DNA of 64,000 nucleotides from Macrostomum lignano (Eukaryota), in NCBI GenBank assembly GCA_002269645.1, contig NIVC01001894.1:194843-258842 (forward strand). Reading direction: 5' to 3'. Shown in pieces: positions 11,589-22,539 of the stretch (position 1 is its first letter; every line of letters begins with the position of its first letter). Below the pieces are notes generated by a model. It was not told the origin of the DNA, made no database searches, and was given only the letters and a program-made list of their open reading frames with translations. A program made the position numbers and the translations under genes.

Positions 11589-11661
11589 TTTCCAGAAATT
11601 TCTTGAAAGTTTCTATTGATTCATCGAGTGGAAAGTTCTAGAAATTTTACCGTCTATATAA
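11589..11661 (+). promoter_or_regulatory. Heat-shock promoter: two HSEs plus TATA box
   Basis: tTTCc-aGAAa-tTTCt-tGAAa (11589-11608), gGAAa-gTTCt-aGAAa (11630-11644), TATATAA (11655-11661), upstream of the sHSP ATG. Confidence 0.9.
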
Positions 11662-11782
11662 GCAAGAGACCAGAACCCCAGAAATTTCAAGTCTGTGGAA
11701 GCTACAAAGAAACCCAATTGCAAGCAAAGCACTCTTTCTCAACCGACTACAAGCAAGCTTCTGATACTCCATTGCCGACAGC

Positions 11783-12637
11783 ATGTCGCTCTGGATTGCA
11801 CCAAGCACGTTTTCGCGAACGCTGCCATTGGTCTCCATGACCGGCCTAGACGACTGGCTGCTGCCACAATACGATCCTTTGGTGCAGCTCCTAAGGAATA
11901 GAGGCACGAGGCGGCCGCGAATGTGGAACTATTCGATTGACCTGCACGGGTTCTCGCCCGAAGAAGTTTCTGTCAAGCGGGAGAAGCAAAAGTTGCGCAT
12001 TGTGGCTCGGCACGAGAGCGGAGAGGACGTCACCGAGGTGAAGCGCACGGTTGAGCTGCCGGATGAAGTTGATGCCGAGAAACTGAACAGCCGCTTCTCC
12101 AGCGACGGCGTTCTGCTCTTGCATGCGCCGTACAAGGAGCAGAAGCCGAAGCAGAGGCAGGCGCAGAAGCGCCATCAAGAAACGTCGGTGTGGGACGAGC
12201 TGCGCGACCTTCTCCGAGGCCAGGATCTGAAATCGGAGGCCAACGGTCAAATCGTGGAATCGAAAGACGGCGCCAAGCGATTCAAAGCTGAGCTGTCTGT
12301 CCGCGAGTTCAAGCCGGACGAAATTCGCGTCCGCCAGCAGGACGACTGCATCGTGGTCGAGGCCGAGCACAAGGAGGAGAGCGGCGGCCAGAAGATGCAC
12401 AGGCGACTGGAGAGGCTCTACCAGCTGCCCGGGGGCGCCAAGCTGGACCAGGTTGTCAGCAAGCTCAGCCACGACGGTCGTCTCTGCATCGAAGCCCCGA
12501 TGGAGGCACCGCCGGCTAGGAAGCAGCCGCAGTTGAAGGACGTCCCGATGGAGATTGAGCGGCCGCAGCAGCCGCAGGTGGCGAATGGCGACTGCGATAA
12601 CGGCGCTGGGAAAGACAGCGACAAGGAGAAGAAGTGA
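11783..12637 (+). CDS. Small heat shock protein with two alpha-crystallin domains (flatworm p40-like architecture), intronless, 284 aa
   Basis: Two HSP20 cores: IDLHGFSPEEVSVK...VELPDEVDAEKLNSRFSSDGVLLLHAP and LSVREFKPDEIRV...YQLPGGAKLDQVVSKLSHDGRLCIEAP; HSE promoter. Confidence 0.93.
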   Translation: MSLWIAPSTFSRTLPLVSMTGLDDWLLPQYDPLVQLLRNRGTRRPRMWNYSIDLHGFSPEEVSVKREKQKLRIVARHESGEDVTEVKRTVELPDEVDAEKLNSRFSSDGVLLLHAPYKEQKPKQRQAQKRHQETSVWDELRDLLRGQDLKSEANGQIVESKDGAKRFKAELSVREFKPDEIRVRQQDDCIVVEAEHKEESGGQKMHRRLERLYQLPGGAKLDQVVSKLSHDGRLCIEAPMEAPPARKQPQLKDVPMEIERPQQPQVANGDCDNGAGKDSDKEKK

Positions 12638-13301
12638 GGAACTGCAATGGAATTTACTCCTGACTCAAAGCTGAGTTGAACTTAATAATGCGACCTTTAA
12701 ATCCAGTCTTGCACTTGTTATTTACGATATTGTACAGCAATTCATGTTTATAGTGTAGGTATAGGAAGTTGTCTGCGTCATTGTTTAATTATCATTTCCT
12801 ATTCACATGTACAATTAATCTACTACATATATGTATGTAACTGCATATTTCAAAACTTACGGTATTACTCACTGTGTCTGTAATTTTAGTGTTGCACCTA
12901 CCATCTCTGCTGTGTACCCCGCTCACTAAATTCCAGTCTCAAATATACAGCAGCTTACAGATTGTTATAGTGTATATAATTTGTGTACAAAAACTTTTGT
13001 TTAACCCTGGTTGTTTTTTAATCTACGAGCGTAAAACAGTTAAGATAGCACTGCTGCTTCTCAGGAAGTGCTATCATTGCAATACCTCGTAGATATTGAG
13101 CTCATATCACTTTAAAATCATGATGTTCAATTGCATGGCTAATGCAAAATGAGGCAAAGACAACTCAGGCAGCACGATGGTGCAAATGCGGTTCGCAGCT
13201 GCAGCAGCAGGTCTCGTGTATTTCTGCTAGTTAACCAGCCATACGCCGGTACTCAGCATTGCTGCAGTGGAAAATCCCCAGTCCAAGGTCAGTCCAGCAG
13301 T

Positions 13302-13970
13302 TTAGCTGTCGGGGGTCGGCAGGCCCTTGGTCTTCTCGCTGCACGGCTTTCTGCCCTCTCCGCGCTTCGGCTTGTAGAACTTGGCGCTGGCGCACAGCTC
13401 GGGCAGCTCGAAGTACTTGTCCTTGGGCTGGTGGAAGCCGAAGAAGAAGAGAATACCGCCGGAGCACTGGCCGTTCTTCCTGTACTTCTTCTTGATGAGG
13501 ATCGGCACGCAGCGGTCATCGATGACGCCGCCCAGCTTGATGGAGAGGTCGCCCTTGGTCATGCGGCCGCAGTGCACGCTGATGGGCACCTTGCGGCTGG
13601 TGACGGTGGAGCGGGCCACCACGCGGTTGTTCGGCCACATCTTGGGGCACAGGGTGAGGAAGTACTTGGCGTGGCTCACGGGGATCTTCACGCACCGGGC
13701 GTTGGCGGCGCTGGTGCCCCAGGCGTAGTAGCCGACGCCGGCCTCGAAGTCGAACATGGTGTAGTGGTGTCCGGAGTAGTTCTGGGACTTCACCTTGAAG
13801 TAGGCGGCCACCTTCTTCTTCTCCTTGGAGCCGGCGATGCCTCCCAGCAGCTTGAGGTAGGTGCCGTTGTGGTAGCCGAGACCGGCCACTCCGATGGCTC
13901 CCTCTCTGGGCGGGTTCTCGCAGGCCAGGGCGGTGGCCACCAGGGCGGTGAGCAGCAGCAGCAGCTTCAT
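13302..13970 (-). CDS. Secreted, lysine-rich ependymin-related protein (EPDR family), intronless, 222 aa
   Basis: Signal peptide MKLLLLLTALVATALA followed by Cys; ependymin-like Cys pattern RCVK, DDRCVPI, FF...YFELPELC; extreme GC3 codon bias supports a real, highly expressed gene. Family assignment is by eye. Confidence 0.7.
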   Translation of the reverse strand: MKLLLLLTALVATALACENPPREGAIGVAGLGYHNGTYLKLLGGIAGSKEKKKVAAYFKVKSQNYSGHHYTMFDFEAGVGYYAWGTSAANARCVKIPVSHAKYFLTLCPKMWPNNRVVARSTVTSRKVPISVHCGRMTKGDLSIKLGGVIDDRCVPILIKKKYRKNGQCSGGILFFFGFHQPKDKYFELPELCASAKFYKPKRGEGRKPCSEKTKGLPTPDS

Positions 13971-14699
13971 CTTGAGTCAGAGAGTCTGGATGTCCGGCAG
14001 TGAGAAATCGAGTGGACTTGATGGACTCTGGTCGCTGGCCAGGGGTGCTTTTTATGCACCTGGACTGCTTGACCACCATGGCAACTCGGCGTTCAAACAT
14101 TTGGCAACAGAATTTGTTGGCAACCAGCAGGTGCGCAAATTGATGCTCATGGCTGCTGCCGGTGTTTGCTCGGGGATCGATGGTCAGCTGACTTGAGCAC
14201 CGCTTTTCTGCTTGCCGATTCCATAGCGCTCTGGACACGGCGCCAGAAAGTTTATGTTGGATTTTACATTGTGACAATCCGAGCCTTTGTTTGCTTGACT
14301 TTGCATGCAGCGTTTCAGCTGGCTCACCCGCGAATACTGCAGGTAAAATTGCTGAGATTGCAGGAATTGATTTTTTCAGGTGAATTGAGAATTTTCTGAA
14401 TTTTTTGGCAACAGGGGTCGCCGACAGCGAAAGGACGGCGATGGGCAAAGGTTTTGAGTTTTCGATTGGCATTGTCTCGCTTGGCATTGTCTGGATAGCC
14501 AGACAAATTGTTTGAAAATGAGACGTCAAGCTTATGCGAAAATCGTAATTATTTGTTAAATCCCATTATTGGACTGGCAAAAAGTGTAAAATCGTAGGAA
14601 ATTTCCCATTCTTTTGTCAAAAAAGGAAATTGTGGGAACTGGCCGCTGATACGCTGTTTCCATTCTGGAGGCTTCACTTTGCATAGACAGACTAGAGAC

Positions 14700-15350
14700 A
14701 AATGAGTGACTGTGGCGCTCAAATGAGTGCCTGCAGTGCCAAAATGAGTGCCCGCAGTGCCAAAGTGAGTGACTGCAGTGTCAAAGTGAGTGCCAAAGTG
14801 CCAAAGTGAGTGACTGCAGTGTCAAAGTGAGTGCCAAAGTGCCAAAGTGAGTGACTGCAGTGTCAAAGTGAGTGCCAAAGTGCCAAAGTGAGTGACTGCA
14901 GTGTCAAAGTGAGTGACTGCAGTGTCAAAGTGAGTGCCCTGCAGTGCCAAAGTGAGTGACTGCAGTGCCAAAGTGAGTGACTGCAGTGTCAAAGTGAGTG
15001 ACTGCAGTGTCAAAGTGAGTGACTGCAGTGTCAAAGTGAGTGACTGCAGTGTCAAAGTGAACGCCTGCAGTGTCAAAGTGAGTGACTGCAGTGTCAAAGT
15101 GAGTGCCTGCAGTGTCAAAGTGAGTGACTGCAGTGTCAAAGCGAGTGACTGCAGTGTCAAAGTGAGTGCCTGCAGTGTCAAAGTGAGTGCCTGCAGTGTC
15201 AAAGCGAGTGACTGCAGTGTCAAAGCGAGTGACTGCAGTGTCAAAGCGAGTGACTGCAGTGTCAAAGTGAGTGACTGCAGTGTCAAAGCGAGTGACTGCA
15301 GTGTCAAAGCGAGTGACTGCAGTGTCAAAGTGAGTGACTGCAGTGTCAAA
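14700..15350. repeat. 21-bp minisatellite (GTGAGTGACTGCAGTGTCAAA)n
   Basis: About 30 tandem copies. Confidence 0.96.
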
Positions 15351-15790
15351 GTCGAGTTGCAGTGGCGCAGGAACGAGACCATCTGTGGGTAAAGACAAAT
15401 TGAGGATAACATCGACCATGGGCTGGACTTGGTGTTCTGCCTGCCGCCTGGCAACAAGAAGCAGTGTTTCGACGCCATCAAGTGCCCAGTCAGCGCGTCT
15501 TCACCAAGAACATCGGCAACCCGGCCAAGGTTGATGTCGGTTGCTACGAAGGTGGCCCTGCAGATCTCCTGCAAGCTGGGCGACGTTGCCTGGGCTGTGA
15601 GCATCCCGATGAAGCGCACCATGATCGTCGGGATGGACAGTTACATGTATCATGACAAGCGGCAGAGCGTCTCTAAGCAGGGCGTGGTGTTCTCGCTGAA
15701 CGAGACCTTCACGACCAGTCCTACTCGAACTCACCCATCGTGACGGGAGGCAAAGCTGAGCTGCACAACAGGCTGGAGGTCGGCTTCACT
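15351..15790 (+). pseudogene. piwi: Decayed Piwi-family fragment (MID/PIWI domain junction)
   Basis: Pieced frames read DLVFCLPPGNKKQCFDAIK / VPSQRVFTKNIGNPAK / LMSVATKVALQISCKLGDVAWAVSIPMKRTMIVGMDSY..HD / QSYS..GKAELHNRLEVGF, matching Piwi-clade motifs; one in-frame TAA and at least 3 frameshifts. Confidence 0.85.
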
Positions 15791-17279
15791 TCAAGACTCC
15801 ATATATAATTGACTGCTATAATTAAAGCTATACATATACTTTGAATGACAAGCTGATCCTGACGCTCTTGAGGGCTGGCAGGCATGCATGTATCATAAGC
15901 CAAATCATGGGGTTCATCTTCTTCGCTTGTCGTCAACGGTTTTCTAAAAATAACCGCGAAGCCTCTCTACAGGTACCTTGGGACTTGGGTCCTTTGAAAC
16001 TTCACAACAGCAATCCGGCCCGCTCCATGTTTGTGTCTCTTCTCGATTCTCAATTCTCTCATCTATTTCCTCTTATCTCTCCTCTCCCCAGCTCCTTTTC
16101 TCTCTCACCTGGCCTGCGGCCATAAGCTTGGATTCTCTTTAGGTTTGCCGACGCCTGGGACTCTAAATCATCATCCTGAACGCTTACCATATTTGGCACT
16201 TCTGCAGATGGGCCACTTAGGCATGGTGCAACAGTTTCTCTACTATCAGCTCAGTAGTAAGTAGGAATGACTAAGCTATTTTATGAAAAGAAAGGCAGTT
16301 GGAGTGACTCGCAGACACAAACAGCTGGCTATTTGGTGCAGCCGTAATGTACATTAGGCCAGCCAGAGCCTCTGAGAATGTACATGCCGGCTTTATGCAG
16401 CACTAGGAAGGGCAATAAAAATGGGGGCAGAGATTTCGTGAGGAAAGGCGCGGTTGGAGGGGTTCACGGGAGGGGGTTCAGAGGGCCAATAAATGAGTCT
16501 TGTCCTTAAAATACGTTAAAATGCTTCTATTTAAACTCACTACTGAGCTGAAAGTAGCCTACACGCACATGTGCTGAGTGGCCGAAAATGAAATGAATAT
16601 TTAGCGCAACAACCAATGTCGATTGAATCAGTTTCATTTGAAATTCAACTTTCGGATTTTATTAATTTTGAATTCCGCATCAGTACAAAGCCAGCAGCTG
16701 ATGCAGCAGACTAAGAAAACAGAGACTGTGAGGCAGGCGTTCTTCGTAAATTATTAGCCAAGCGTGGCGTCGGAGTTGAGACAAGAAGCATAGCGATAAC
16801 AAAATAGAAAATTGCAAACTTGCTGCCATAAGTGATTTTCATTAATAGTCTTGAAGTAGCGTCGGAGAAGCTGCATTAAAAATCATCAATTTGTCGGTCA
16901 TTAGGAATGAACTGTAAACGAAGCTGTGCGCAGTAATGGAATTTAGTTGGCGCGGGGAGGGGGTCGTAAATCACGCATGCTATGTACAATTGTACATACA
17001 TGTACTGGAAAAGCCAATGAGGACTTGCACTGAATGCATCATACAGAAATAAAAATCTTCAATCCGGATTAGCAAATCAGCCAATATTGACATATACGGA
17101 TCAATGAGAACTGTTTATGAAAATTTACAAGTAATGCAAATTGATCGGGCAACAGCGGAGCTGAACTTTGCATGAGGAGTTCATTCGCTTTACAAGAATT
17201 GGTTCGAGTGGAGTCGCACGAGGTGGGTGCGGGTTCTCTCACAGATTGACTCGTCACTTCACTTTTAATTCGGCTTCCC

Positions 17280-17640
17280 CGCTTCACTTCTCCGCTTCTC
17301 CGCTCCTCCGCTCCCCCACTTCTCCGCTCCCCCACTTCTCCACTCTCCCGCTTCTCCACTCTCCCGCTTCTCCGCTCCCCCACTTCTCCACTCTCCCGCT
17401 TCTCCGCTCCCCCACTTCTCCACTCTCCCGCTTCTCCGCTCCCCCACTTCTCCACTCTCCCGCTTCTCCGCTCCCCCACTTCTCCACTCTCCCGCTTCTC
17501 CGCTCCCCCACTTCTCCACTCTCCCGCTTCTCCGCTCCCCCACTTCTCCGCTACCCCACTTCTCCGCTCCCCCACTTCTCCACTCTCCCGCTTCTCCGCT
17601 CCCCCGCTTCTCCGCTCCCCCACTTCTCCGCTCCCCCACT
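17280..17640. repeat. 32-bp pyrimidine-rich minisatellite (CTTCTCCGCTCCCCCACTTCTCCACTCTCCCG)n, just downstream of plexin stop
   Basis: About 11 tandem copies built from 16-bp subunits. Confidence 0.93.
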
Positions 17641-17739
17641 GTGCACCGATGAGCAGGTTAAACATGAATTGAAGCGAACAGAAATTAGCTAAGAAAAGAG
17701 AGTCATCTGTTAGATGAGCTGCACAGAGCCGCAAGAATG

Positions 17740-17970
17740 TCAACAGGCGGCGGGCTCGTAAGGATTAACAAAGACCGGATGCGGCCGCAGAGTAGCGTGC
17801 ATCTGTCTCGCGGCCGCCGATGTTGAAGACTGATGAGATTGAGTACTGCTCAAAGTGTGCGCCTTAGACCAATAGGGCGACGCGCTGGACAGGGCTTGGA
17901 ACACAAAGTCCAGGCTCTCGGACAGGCTGGCGGACAGTCCCGGCTGCTGTTGATGAAGCTCACGAAAAAT
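17740..17970 (-). CDS. Plexin exon 17 (terminal)
   Basis: Acceptor TTTCCTAG| phase 0; IFRELHQQQPGLSASLSESLDFVFQAL continues the plexin C-terminal helix; TGA at 17740. Confidence 0.7.
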   Translation of the reverse strand: MFRELHQQQPGLSASLSESLDFVFQALSSASPYWSKAHTLSSTQSHQSSTSAAARQMHATLRPHPVFVNPYEPAAC

Positions 17971-18084
17971 CTAGGAAATTAAAATGAGGAATAATAGGTT
18001 AACCAAGCATTTACCAATCAATATCTCTCATGGTGCGTCTAAAATGCTATGCTCGCTAAACTATAGACGGTCTTGTTGGCTTTT

Positions 18085-18204
<120 letters not shown>

Positions 18205-18326
18205 TAAACGCAGTAGTGTAGGTGATCGAATATATCGAATAGCAAAAGGGGAAAGTTAAGAGAGGATGGAGCCAGAGGCTGATTTAATCGCTTTAGTTTC
18301 AGACATAGACAAACTTATACAGTACC

Positions 18327-18346
18327 GTTCTAGAAAGTTCTAGAAT
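18327..18346. promoter_or_regulatory. Perfect four-pentamer heat shock element in plexin last intron
   Basis: gTTCt-aGAAa-gTTCt-aGAAt; function unproven. Confidence 0.45.
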
Positions 18347-20423
18347 AGGGGAATCTAAGAAGAGTTACTATAATTAGCATAGATACAATTTCCATAACTA
18401 TTTCAACAGGTCTCTGACTGTTTTCACCCTGGCTGCCTCTCTGGCGGCATTTCTCGGGTTGTGCGCAATCCAATTAGAGTCCTCACCGGAGGTGATGTAC
18501 TCATCTAAAATGACCCTATTTTTCTTTCCAATTATTTCGGCCCTCGGCCTTGGTTAGGGGGGGGGGTGTGCCTGGAGTGAGTTAGAATTCTGGACTGCAG
18601 TGTGGCTAGAACGGGACTTGAGCCCCCTGGTCGCACCCGCCCTGCAGGAAAGACGACCATTCACAAAGTGTACGGTAGAGCCCAGTTGATGCCAGCCCTG
18701 AGGCTGAGCCTCAGGATTAGGGTTCAGGTGCTCCTCCCATTGTTTTATCCCTTTGTGCTTTTATGCTTTTATCCTTTGTGTTTTACCTTGGTCACGATGC
18801 CTTCCAATATTTGGAGTTATGAGCTCTGCCCTCCCTGCCTGGTCCATCTTGCTTTGCTTTGGTCCATCTGCTGGCTCCTTTGGTTGTCTCCCTGCTTATT
18901 GTGTCTTGGCTCTCATTCCCCAGGACTCCAATCCACTGTCAGAGATGAGTTCGTCCCGAATCGGGGAAAACCGGCTGAGTCCGGGTTCCTCTTGCCCCTT
19001 GTGCCCCTTCCCGACCCCTTGGCCTGGCCCCCAAAATAGAGCTGGTTAGTAAAAGCCTTGAGGCTCGCAGCCCTGCAGAATAGGAGGTTTGCGGTTGCCC
19101 ATCTGGCAGGAGCCTCGCCCTTGGTCCACTCTCCACTGCCCTAATAAGCTGCCCAGACTCGCTCCAAAATTAAGCCATTTCCGTAGACTTCGGGGTTTCC
19201 CCGCTCTCGGACCGCTTTCAGTAGTATTTCAAACATTTTCCAATTCTTTTTTCGCGCACTCCCGGGTTTTGTCTGCTGGGTGGACTCGGTCCTAACACCG
19301 TCCCTGATTCCACTGTTGGCCAGCGGTGTCTTAGTCCATAGGCTTGGGTTAGTAGCACTTTTCCTGGCCTCGACGTCAGGTTCCAACCCCGGCTGCTCGG
19401 GCTATATGCCCCTGGTAGATGTCCCCCCCCCCTCAGCGGCAGAGCCCTCCCCTGGGCTGATCTGCGGGAGCCCCTAAGCTACCCACCTCGTTTAACAACA
19501 ACAAACCAGTAATATGCTCGAGGTACTGATAAGATGATGTGGAATTTTCAGCCGAGTGAATTGCAAAATTTGAATTTAACAAACACAATCAATTGTTGAT
19601 TGTTGACCAGGAGTAACCCCAATTTCCACATCCGATAACCGGAGAGGCAAGGTACGTTTTCATTGAAAAATCCGAAAAACGCACTATTACGATATGACAT
19701 CGAATAGTTGCATCATTTGTCTCTTTCATGAACAGCAAAATAACAACTATGCGCGTTCCACACTACTGAAAAGTTTTTTATGTCTTAGCAAGCATACTGG
19801 TAGCAAAGCGCTAAAAATAGCAGTAATAGTCTATGGCCAGCCGCGGCAGCAACGGTGAGAAGAGGTTTAACTTTAAGCTGCCGGATGGTCAGCAGAGCTG
19901 ACCATGGACCAACAACCTTTACTGCTGGTAATTTTTTGGAGTCTATGGTAAAAGAAAAGTTATGAGCTGCACATAGCCATTCCTGCCGAGCATGGTCAGC
20001 AGCGCTGATCATACGAAAAATGGGTGAAAAAAGTCCTACTTATCTGCAATGGAATGCAGCGAGTCGGTTTCAGCATTCTCTGTGATGACATCGTCAGTCT
20101 CAAAATCCGATGTATGCAAAATGTCCATGGTTGTAGCTGATTTACTTTCCAATAAAATGATGCACTACTCGTATTAAGGAGGTACAGTGCTTTCTCTTTC
20201 AAAAAGGCCTGTTTGTAGATTTTAGAGTGAACTGCAGTGTCTATTGCTAGACATCGAGTGTACACACTGCATAATCTATATAGAGAGCATTAAGTGAAAT
20301 GCACTTAGCTATAGTCTATGGCCAGCCCAGCTGACCATGTCGGCAGGAACAGAGCTTTTGTATTTCTAGCTCCGGCACGAAAAGGTTTTAACGCCTGACA
20401 ACAAAGCAGAGTTCCGTCCTCAC

Positions 20424-20984
20424 CTCCTCCCTGTACTTGCAGAGAAAGCCGGCGAACAGTTCGCGCAGCAGGGCGTCCCGATTGAACGGCGCGCACTGGC
20501 GTTGGCGCACCTGCAGGTCGAATTGGTTCAGAGCGTAGCTCTCGGCCTCCTGAACACCTGAGCGCACTGTGCTGTAATAGGCCTCAACCATGGGGTGAAA
20601 TTCGGCCACCTCGTTAACAAACAGCAGCCGCTGGGCTGTGGAAGTTTTGTCCGGTTTGGCCGGCTTCTCATAGCTGCAGGCGTCCATGAACAGGGTGGAC
20701 ACCGTGCTCATGCAGTAGCGCACGGGCCCGGGGACCTCAACATCCAGCAGGCAGTCAACATTGAACAGGTGGTGGGTATAGAATCTCAGCATTAGTGCGT
20801 TCGATTTCCACACGTGCGCCACATCGTGAGTCAGCTGGTGCTCGCGAACCACTTTGTCGAACAGGTCGAACAGGTATTTGAGGCACAGGGGCACCTCCTT
20901 GTCCTGCTCCGGTTGCAGCTGTTCGGACTTGGGAGCCGGGAACAGGGCTGAGAACAGGTCCGTGATCTTGTCCGTGAGCAGGCG
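20424..20984 (-). CDS. Plexin exon 16 (GAP domain C2 segment)
   Basis: VPLCLKYLFDLFD, HVWKSNALMLRF (second GAP arginine), AQRLLF; donor GAG|GTGAGG. Confidence 0.9.
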
Positions 20985-21187
20985 CTGCAATGCACCGGTT
21001 TCGGATTTGGGAAATGAGTTTTGAAGGCCTGTTGTGTTAACTGCCATTCTTGTGATATAAGGGGCGATGGCAACAAAGGTGATAATCAAGCGGCAAATTT
21101 TATAATTTGAGTAAGTTAGTTTGTCGCAATATGTTTTAAAAAAGGGCACGAAATGCTACTATCCAAGTAGTATAACTGTGTACGAAC

Positions 21188-21546
21188 CTTTGTCCGCAGC
21201 AGCACGGGATAGAAGACCTCAGACACAATGTGCTGGCCGTCCGTATTGGGCTCCGAGCCGCCAATTCGGCCGCTCCGTTTGCCTCGCTGCTGTTGCTGCT
21301 TGCGCTGTTTCTTGCCGCTGCCGCTGCCGCCGCCTCCGCTGCCGCCCCCGGAGCTCAACAACGACTGGCCGTCCGCTCCGCTCGGCACCAGCAGGTGGTA
21401 GCGCCGTCGCTTCTCCGGCTCGCCGGAGGCCACCGCCGCCGCTGTCGAGCGCGACTTTCCGCCGCTGTTTGAACCGGCGCCGCCGTCGGTCAGGGAGCGC
21501 CAGCTGGAGGTGCAGGACGTCTGCTGGCTGCCGCTGTCGCTGCCGA
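21188..21546 (-). CDS. Plexin exon 15
   Basis: RYHLLVP...IVSEVFYPVLLRTK (cf. EIYLTRLLxTK); acceptor TTTTCGCAG| phase 1, donor AAG|GTTCGT. Confidence 0.85.
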
Positions 21547-21674
21547 CTGCGAAAACGGAGAAGAAAAAGCGGCCCAGTTATTGCTTGATTGAGAACATAT
21601 GGTTAGTTGGGGAATTCACAAGCAACTTTATGGACATTTATTTGCCTTCTTGCCCAGCTTCTTTATTTCCACTT

Positions 21675-21805
21675 TGCCTCCCATCTCTACCGCTCCCTGC
21701 CTCCTCTCCTCCACCCATCTCTACCGCTCCCTGCCTCCTCTCCTCCACCCATCTCTACCGCTCCCTGCCTCCTCTCCCCCACCCATCTCTACCGCTCTCT
21801 GCCTC
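21675..21805. repeat. 34-bp minisatellite in plexin intron
   Basis: About 4 copies of CCCATCTCTACCGCTCCCTGCCTCCTCTCCTCCA. Confidence 0.85.
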
Positions 21806-21827
21806 CACTCCGCGACTTAAATCTCAC

Positions 21828-22091
21828 CTCCACCCAATCGTCGGGAAGCTGCAACAGCGGCAGCCGCAGCCGCAGCGGCAGAGCCGTTCATCCTGGGCGG
21901 CTCTTTGCGCGGCTTCAAGAACACCACAATCGAAGCTTCGCCGCTGCAGTCGCCGGCTCCGCTTTGATCTGCACTGTCCAGATTAAAACTATCGAGCCGG
22001 CGCAGCCGTTGAAGACCTTCAACAGCGTCGTCTTCGTCCGAGTTGTCTAGTTCGGTGAGTATCAGGTAGCGCTCGTTGCTGTTCTCCTCTG
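21828..22091 (-). CDS. Plexin exon 14 (RBD C-terminal part)
   Basis: ERYLILTELD...LQRLRRLDSFNL (cf. L.D.D...RLNTL.HY); NAGNAG acceptor, donor G|GTGAGA; phase 1-1. Confidence 0.75.
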
Positions 22092-22189
22092 CTGATGTGG
22101 GCGGCGGGCGGCTTGTCAGTTGCTAATTCTTTTTTGCGCGCGTGCATATTGGATAGTTGAATGATGGCTAACAAGCTCATATTCTGGTC

Positions 22190-22390
22190 AAGAGGGTGAT
22201 ATTGAGGGTGATGAGGAGAGTGATGAAGAGGGTAATGAAGAGGGTGTTAGAGAGGGTGTAAGAGAGGGTGTAAGAGAGGGTGTAAGAGAGGGTGTTGGAG
22301 AGGGTGATGAAGAGGGTAATAAAGGTGTAGGAAAGGGTGTTGGAGAGGGTGTTGGAGAGGGTGATGAAGAGGGTTATAAAGAGGGTGATT
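22190..22390. repeat. Degenerate 12-bp repeat (GAGGGTGTAAGA)n
   Basis: About 16 degenerate copies. Confidence 0.85.
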
Positions 22391-22392
22391 AC

Positions 22393-22443
22393 CTCCGCCA
22401 GCGCCGATTCCGCCAAAGCCAGCCGTCCCGCGGAAAGTGCGAG
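22393..22443 (-). CDS. Plexin exon 13, 51-nt Gly-rich micro-exon
   Basis: TTTTTTAG| ... G|GTAATC, phase 1-1, encodes ARTFRGTAGFGGIGAGG. Confidence 0.6.
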
Positions 22444-22539
22444 CTAAAAAATTTCAGATTTGGTCAGATAAAAAAGTACATTGAACCCTTAAAAAAGCTA
22501 CAACGCTCGTAAGACAGCTTGGATAAAGGGGACACTCAC

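Noticed and set aside
13149-14529. Long ORFs overlapping the EPDR gene (284 aa +, 337 aa -)
   Set aside because: Shadows of GC3-rich coding DNA; only the 222-aa frame has a signal peptide and codon bias
15960-16150. Weak resemblance to an L2/CR1 ORF2 C-terminus (KLHNSNPARS)
   Set aside because: Similarity too short and degenerate to support
18560-19500. GC-rich insert possibly an LTR or non-LTR retrotransposon end
   Set aside because: TG...CA ends lack a TSD and no RT/gag motif was found; left unclassified
19826-20327. 17-bp direct repeats ATAGTCTATGGCCAGCC
   Set aside because: Could be a TSD or duplicated element end, but the enclosed sequence has no TE hallmarks
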